Assembly: GCA_036785375.1 (NCBI GenBank)
Contig: JAWMAR010000070.1
Coordinates: 4,278,001-4,342,000 of the forward strand
Direction: 5' to 3'
Length of the DNA stretch: 64,000 nucleotides
Origin: Leucoraja ocellata
Taxonomy: Eukaryota
This document shows positions 51,601 to 60,022 of the stretch, in pieces. Below the pieces are notes generated by a model. It had not been told where the DNA came from. It saw only the letters and a list, made by a program, of their open reading frames with translations, and searched no databases. Position 1 is the first letter of the stretch. Every line of letters starts with the position of its first letter. The position numbers were made by a program, and so were the translations under genes.

Positions 51601-54600
51601 TCTCATTTGCTGACATTTCTCACCACCTCCCAGGTGAAAGCAACAGGCAATCATTTACCAGTCCCCCAAACAAACTCTCGCATTTTACACCATGAGCTCC
51701 CGGTGGCTGCAATGATGCCGTCTGCAAATAACGAGAAATCCATGAACACAAGGTGAATGAATAGCAGCAGGTTCAGGGACACGAGAAGAACACTCACCTG
51801 CATTGTTCATTTCTGTCACATAACTGCACGTTCCTGCTCCTTTGAAGACTTTCACGTTGAGTATTTCACTGGATTTTGTCCCACGATTATTTGTGGCTCT
51901 GCAGTAATATTGACGGTGTTGGCCTTCGAGGATTTCACAACTCAGATCCAGTTGATTGCCAGACACGGTCGTTGAAACCCAATGCTCGTTCTTCTTAAAC
52001 CATGTGTAATGGATGGGAAGGGATCCACGGACAGACTCACACGACACTGACACTGAGCCTCCGCGACGTGAGGCATTTGCTGGTGACAGATATCTGAGCA
52101 CAGGAGCAGACACGGGTTCTGTGGGAATGGAGCAAACATTCAGTCACCTGTATGAACAGTTAAAAACCAAACACATGCTAAATCTCAGCAGCCCTTTATC
52201 TCAGCCCGAACCGTCCGGTTGATATCTCACCGGCTCATCTACATCTCTGTGAGTGTGCGAAGCCCAGAAACCGAAGAAGGTTAGAGTTATAGAGAACCGA
52301 AAGATGCCCATCACAACAGCTCATTCATGCCGACCAACATGTCTTTCTGGGCCATTTCCATATGTCCACGTTTCTCCCTTATCACTCGCAATGATCCCAA
52401 TCTACGCAAATATCAAAAAAATATTTTTAAATGCTGCTTTTCTAACTGCCTTAACACCTTCCCCTGGCAGCAGGTTCCATATACATATCACCCAATGTGT
52501 GGAAAATGTTGTCCCTCAGAACATATGTTGGGATGTTACGTCCTTTTAAGATAGACACAAAATGCAGGAGTAACTCGGCGGATTAGGCAGCATCTTTCGA
52601 GAGAAGTCGTAGGTGACGTTTCGAATCGTGACCCTTCTTCAGCCTGAGAATCACGAGAAAGGGAGACAGAAGAGAAATGGAAGGGTAAGGTGTGAAAACA
52701 AGTGATCAAAGGTGAAAATGTTTTTAAAAAATGTAGAATGGATCATTGTCAGCTGAAGGGAAGGCATACATAGAAACATAGAAACATAGAAATTAGGTGC
52801 AGGAGTAGGCCATTCGGCCTTCGAGCTTGCACCGCCATTCAATATGATCATGGCTGATCATCCAACTCAGTATCCCGTACCTGCCTTCTCTCCATACCCC
52901 CTGATCCCCTTAGCCACAAGGGCCACATCTAACTCCCTCTTAAATATAGCCAATGAACTGGCCTCAACTACCCTCTGTGGCAGAGAGTTCCAGAGATTCA
53001 CCACTCTCTGCGTGAAAAAAGTTCTTCTCATCTCGGTTTTAAAGGATTTCCCTTTTATCCTTAAGCCGTGACCCCTTGTCCTGGACTTCCCTAACATCGG
53101 GAACAATCTTCCTGCATCTAGCCTGTCCAACCTCTTAAGAATTTTGTAAGTTTCTATAAGATCCCCTCTCAATCTTCTAAATTCTAGAGAGTATAAACCA
53201 AGTCTATCCAGTCTTTCTTCATAAGACAGTCCTGACATCCCAGGAATCAGTCTGGTGAACCGTCTGTGCACTCCCTCTATGGCAATAATGTCCTTCCTCA
53301 GATTTGGAGACCAAAACTGTACGCAATACTCCAGGTGTGGTCTCACCAAGACCCTGTACAACTGCAGTAGAACCTCTCTGCTCCTATACTCAAATCCTTT
53401 TGCAATGAAAGCTAACATACCATTCGCTTTCTTTACTGCCTGCTGCACCTGCATGCCTACCTTCAATGACTGGTGTACCATGACACCCAGGTCTCGCTGC
53501 ATCTCCCCCTTTCCCAATCGGCCACCATTTAGATAATAGTCTGCTTTCCTGTTTTTGCCACCAAAATGGATAACCTCACATTTATCCACATTATACTGCA
53601 TCTGCCAAACATTTGCCCACTCACCCAGCCTATCCAAGTCACCCTGCAGTCTCCTAGCATCCTCCTCACAGCTAACACTGCCCCCCAGCTTAGTGTCATC
53701 CGCAAACTTGGAGATATTGCCTTCAATTCCCTCATCCAGATCATTAATATATATTGTAAATAGCTGGGGTCCCAGTACTGAGCCTTGCGGTACCCCACTA
53801 GTCACTGCCTGCCATTGTGAAAAGGACCCGTTTACTCCTACTCTTTGCTTCCTGTTTGCCAGCCAGTTCTCTATCCACATCAATACTGAACCCCCAATGC
53901 CTTTTGCTTTAAGTTTGTATACTAATTTCTTATGTGGGACCTTGTCGAAAGCCTTCTGGAAGTCCAGATACACCACATCCACTGGTTCTCCCCTATCCAC
54001 GCTACTAGTTACATCCTCGAAAAATTCTATAAGATTCGTCAGACATGATTTACCTTTCGTAAATCCATGCTGACTTTGTCCAATGATTTCACCACTTTCC
54101 AAATGTGCTGCTATCCCATCTTTAATAACTGACTCTAGCAGTTTCCCCACTACCGATGTTAGACTAACTGGTCTGTAATTCCCCATTTTCTCTCTCCCTC
54201 CCTTCTTAAAAAGTGGGGTTACGTTTGCTACCCGCCAATCTTCAGGAACTACTCCAGAATCTAAAGAGTTTTGAAAGATTATTACTAATGCATCCACTAT
54301 TTCTGGAGCTACTTCCTTAAGTACTCTGGGATGCAACCTATCTGGCCCTGGGGATTTATCGGCCTTTAATCCATTCAATTTACCCAACACCACTTCCCGG
54401 CTAACCTGGATTTCACTCAATTCCTCCAACTCCTTTGACCCGCGGTCCCCTGCTATTTCCGGCAAATTATTTATGTCTTCCTTAGTGAAGACGGAACCAA
54501 AGTAGTTATTCAATTGGTCCGCCATATCCTTGTTCCCCATGATCAACTCCCCTGTTTCTGACTGCAAGGGACCTACATTTGTTTTAACTAATCTCTTTCC

Positions 54601-57600
54601 TTTCACATATCTATAAAAACTTTTGCAGTCAGTTTTTATGTTTCCTGCCAGTTTTCTTTCATAATCTATTTTTCCTTTCCTAATTAAGCCCTTTGTCCTC
54701 CTCTGCTGGTCTTTGAATTTCTCCCAGTCCTCCGGTATGCTGCTTTTTCTGGCTAATTTGTACGCATCATCCTTCGCTTTGATACTATCCCTGATTTCCC
54801 TTGTTATCCATGGATGTACTACCTTCCCTGATTTATTCTTTTGCCAAACTGGGATGAACAATTTTTGTAGTTCATCCATGCAGTCTTTAAATGTCTTCCA
54901 TTGCATATCTACCGTCAACCCTTTTAGAATTAATTGCCAGTCAATCTTGGCCAATTCACGTCTCATACCCTCAAAGTTACCTTTCTTTAAGTTCAGAACC
55001 ATTGTTTCTGAATTAACAATGTCACTCTCCATCCTAATGAAGAACTCAACCATATTATGGTCACTCTTGCCCAAGGGGGCACGTACAACAAGATTGCTAA
55101 CTAACCCTTCCTCATTACTCAATACCCAGTCTAAAATAGCCTGCTCTCTCGTTGGTTCCTCTACATGTTGATTTAGATAACTATCCCGCATACATTCCAA
55201 GAAATCCTCTTCCTCAGCACCCCTGCCAATTTGATTCGCCCAATCTATATGTAGATTGAAGTCACCCATTATAACCGTTTTGCCTTTGTCGCACGCATTT
55301 CTAATTTCCTGTTTGATACCATCTCCAACTTCACTACTACTGTTAGGTGGCCTGTACACAACACCCACCAGCGTTTTCTGCCCGTTAGTGTTTCGCAGCT
55401 CTACCCATACCGATTCCACATCCTCCAAACTAATGTCCTTCCTTTCCATTGCATTAATCCCCTCTCTAATCAGTATCGCCACCCCACCTCCTTTTCCTTT
55501 CTGTCTATCCCTCCTGAATATTGAATATCCCTGGATGTTCAGCTCCCAGCCTTGGTCACCCTGGAGCCATGTCTCCGTGATCCCAACTATATCATAGTCA
55601 TTAATAGCTATCTGCACATTCAACTCATCCACCTTATTACGAATGCTCCTTGCATTGAGACACAAAGCCTTCAGGCTTGTTTTTACAACACTCTTACCCC
55701 TTACACAATTATGTTGAAAAGTGGCCCTTTTTGATTTTTGCCCTGGTTTTGTCTGCCTGCCACTTTTACTTTTCACCTTGCTACCTATTTCTTCTACCCT
55801 CATTTTACACTCTTCGGTCTCTACGCTCACACATTTAAGAAACCCTTTCCCTTTAACTCCATCCTCCACTGTCCCATTCAACACCCCACCCCCCTTATTC
55901 AGTTTAAAGCCACCCGTGTAGCAGTGGCAAACCTGCCTGCCAGAATGCTGGTCCCACAACTGTTAAGATGCAATCCGTCCCTTTTGTACAGTTCCCCCTT
56001 ACCCCAAAACAGATCCCAGTGATCTAAGAATCTAAATCCCTGCCCCGTGCACCAGATCCTCAGCCACACGTCCAGGTCCCGTATCTCCCTGTTCCTGCTC
56101 TCGCCAGCACGGGGAACTGGAAGCAAACCGGAGATAACAACCCTGGAGGTCCTGCTTTTCAACATTTTTCCGAGCTCTCTAAAGTCACGTTGCAGAATAT
56201 TCATCCCCTTCTTTCCGACATCGTTTGTGCCGACATGCACTACCACTTCCGGATGTTCACCTTCGCCCTTGAGGATTTTCTGCACTCTGTCCGTGACATC
56301 CTGGATCCTGGCACCGGGAAGGCAGCACACCATCCTCGCATCCCGTCTGTTGCCGCAGAAACCCCTGTCCGTACCTCTCACGATGGAGTCTCCCACTACA
56401 ATGGCCTTGCCTGCCTTAGGCCTTTTTGGTTTTGGCTCAACAGCCCTATTCGCATCACAGGCCAGTCCGCCGCTCACGTCTTCTGTCCCAACAGCTTCTA
56501 AGCGGATGAACCTGTTTACAAGAGGTACATCACCCGGGGACGTTGGCATTCCATGCTTCCCTCCCTTTCTCACTGTCTCCCACCTTCTCTCTTCCAGTAC
56601 CTTAGGTGTAACAATCGTACTGTAGGACTTGTCGAGGAACGACTCCGTTTCTCGTACGAACCGGAGGTCATCCACTTGCTCCTCCAGTTCCCCAACACGG
56701 CCCTTCAGGAGCTCTACCTGGATGCATTTTTCGCATTTGTAGCAGCCAGAGGCACCAGCGGTGTCCTTGACCTCCCACATACTGCAAGCATCGCACTAAA
56801 TCAGCTTGCCTGACATCTCCTTCTTTCGTCTCCCTCTCAAGCGTATTGCGTGGTCTCCTCTCCGAAGACTCTCGAGCCAAAGACTCACACTTTTCTCACA
56901 GGGCACTTCACTCACTGCCGCTCGCAAAGAGCTGTCCTGCTTAAATTGACTGATAAATTGCCTGATTTACCAATTTACACAGCCAATTCCTCAGTTTTCA
57001 ACTGTTTTCACCCCTCTCCTCACACTTGGGCTAGAGCCAATCAGTGGTATCTCTTGCTAATCTGTTGCTGCTGTTGTTCCTCCCAAATCTACAGCAGTAC
57101 TGAACAAAGACGGTGCGTCCTTGGCCTTTTAACTGTTTTCAACTGTTTTCAACTGTTTTCACCCCTCTCCTCACACTTGGGCTAGAGCCAATCAGTGGTA
57201 TATCTTGCTAATCTGTTGCTGCTGTTGTTCCTCCCAAATCTACAGCAGTACTGAACAAAGACGGTGCGTCCTTGGCCTTTTAACTGTTTTCAACTGTTTT
57301 CACCCCTCTCCTCACACTTGGGCTAGAGCCAATCACACTTGGGCTGCGGAGCCTCGGGATATCGGTGCTGCCCTGACCCTTCCCGGAGAGAACATAGATA
57401 AGGCATTTCAGTGGAGACGTCAAGTCAAGCGCTGCGAAACGTACCGTCAGATACTTGGAGATGTACGTTAAATATTGGACGGTCGCCAGGTGTAGTAATT
57501 CCACAGCTGTACCATCCTGTATCTCCAGAGTGAAGATCCTCCACAGTCACAGCAAATATTCTTAGTACCGGTATATCTGTGATTGACACTCTTCCACTAC

Positions 57601-59941
57601 GTCCGTGTTGCCCATTTGCTTCCACTAAAACTGTACACGAGCGATTCCTCCCACGGCACCAGTATTTTGTGTGTGAGCTGTACTCTGCTGCATAGTGACA
57701 ATCGATTGTGATCGCTCTTCCCACAACTCCTCTTACAACCGTCTCTGCCCACACTGCATCTGAAACTGAGGGGAGAAACTTTCAGATGGACCAGTTGACC
57801 AGGGAGTGACGGAGGGAACGGTGTCTTCGGAAAGCGGTGGAAAAGGAAAGGTGTGGCTAGTTATCTGGTTATGGGATCCCGTTGGAGGTGGCGAAAATGT
57901 TGGATGATTATATGTTGTGTGCGACGGCTGATGGGGTGAAAGATTAGTTTATTCTGCTTACCACCGGGGAAATGTCCGGGTGGAGAGGCTGGCTGGCTGC
58001 CGGGCGGTGGGTGGACAGTGGCTGTTGGGGGTGGGGGCCCATTGACGGGGCAGAGGGAGAGAGAGAAAGAGCGCGGGATGGGGAGGGAATGACTGATCGC
58101 TGAGGTGGGAGCGGGAAGCGGTATGAACTGCACCGGGAGGACTGATGAGCTCTGGGGGCTGATATTTTTTTTAACTCTCCGGGTATTCAGACCGCGAGCA
58201 ACACTTGTTCCTCACTGTGGGATTATAAGTTTGAGTCTGAATGCAAACTTCTGACGGGTGACATTTCATACAGTTCAGAGGAAGGGAAATGCGCTGAGTA
58301 TTCCACTTGAAGTGAAAAGTGAAGTGAAAGTGAAGTTAAATCCCACTTTTCAAGAAAGGAGCAAGAGAGAAAACGGGAAATTACACACCAGTTAGCCTGA
58401 CTTCGGTGGCGAGAAAGATGCCGGAGTCAATTATTAAAGAGGTAATAATGGGGCATTTGGAGAGCAGTAAAATAATTAGTCCAAGTCAGCATGGATTTAT
58501 GAAAGGAAAATCATGCCTGACTATCTTCTGGAATTTTTCGAGGAGGTGGCAAGTAAAATGGACGAAGGTGAGCCAGTGAATGTAGTGTATCTAGACTTCA
58601 AGAAATCCTTTGATAAGGTTCCGCACGGGAGACTGGTGACTAAATTGAGAGCGCATGGAAGGGTGTTGACGTGGATAGGAAATTGGTTGGCAGACAGGAA
58701 GCAAAGAGTAGGAGTGAACGGGTCCTTTTCTGAATGGCGGGAAGTGGCGAGTCAGTGGAGACGACAAGTCAATCGCTGCGAAACGTACCGTCAGATACAA
58801 GGAGTTCTACGGTAAACATTGGGAGGCCGTTAGATGTTGTAATTCCACATCTGTACCATCCTGTATCGCCAGAGAGAAGATCCTCCACAGTCACAGTAAA
58901 TATTCCTCGTGCCCGGTTATCTGTGATTGACACTCTTCCACTCCTTCCGCGTAGCCAAATTGTTTCCACCATATCTGTACATTGGCGATTCTGCACACGG
59001 CACCAGTATTTTGTGTGTGAGCGGTACTCTGCTGCATAGTGACAATCGATTGTAATCGCACTTCCCACAACTCCTCTTACATACATCTCTCCCCACACTG
59101 CACCTGAAACTGAAGGGGAGAAACTTTCAGATGGAGAGCAAATGAACAGTTTAGTGGAAATAGATACATTTTGAAGATTACATGAAAGAAAACTTAAATA
59201 GTTCCATGATGTGTCATATTGCTTCACGGCCAATGTCTCCGGTCTGAAGTGCAGGCAGTGCTGTCATTGTACCAGTTCTGTCGGTGTTCTGTCCCCGGGT
59301 CAGTACAATTTGTGTTCACTTCCCACTCCAGATCCCTGAACAGAAACTGGGCTGGGATCGCAGTGCGGTACTGAGGGAGCGCGGCAGTGTTGCAGGAGCT
59401 CTGCAGCCCGGATCATCACCCGCACCAGATCATCGGCCCACATCACACCCATCCTCACTCAGCTCCACTGGCTCCCTGTGCACCACCGGATTAACTACAA
59501 GATTTTACTGCTGACCTTCAAAGCCCTACACCACCTTGCTCCCCAATACCTCTCTGACCTGCTGCTACCATACACTCCTTCCCGGTCACTTCGTTCCTCC
59601 TCAGCTGCAATTTTAACTGTCCCCACATTTAGACTCAGCAGAATGGTTGCCAGAGCCTTTGGCTGCTCTGCCCCACGTCTCTGGAACACTCTCCCACCTC
59701 CCTTCCGTCACCTGGACACTATCGATCAATTCAAATCACAACTCAAAACACACCTGTTTAGATTAGCATACCCGACATAACTTCCACCATGTTCACCCTG
59801 ATTTTAATGACTTAAAATATTTTGTGTGTTTTTTTGTTTTTTGTTTTTTGGCAACTTAATTTTAATATTGATAATTGTATTGTGATTTTATGTCCTGTAA
59901 GGTGTCCTTGGGTGTCCAGAGAGGCGCCAGCAAATAAAATG

Positions 59942-60022
<81 letters not shown>

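Larger units (their letters stand above)
52769..57343 (-). mobile_element. Near full-length CR1-clade LINE in a gene B intron
   Basis: ORF1 esterase plus ORF2 APE-RT, (TTTCTATG)n 3' tail, tandem-repeat 5' UTR. Confidence 0.93.
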
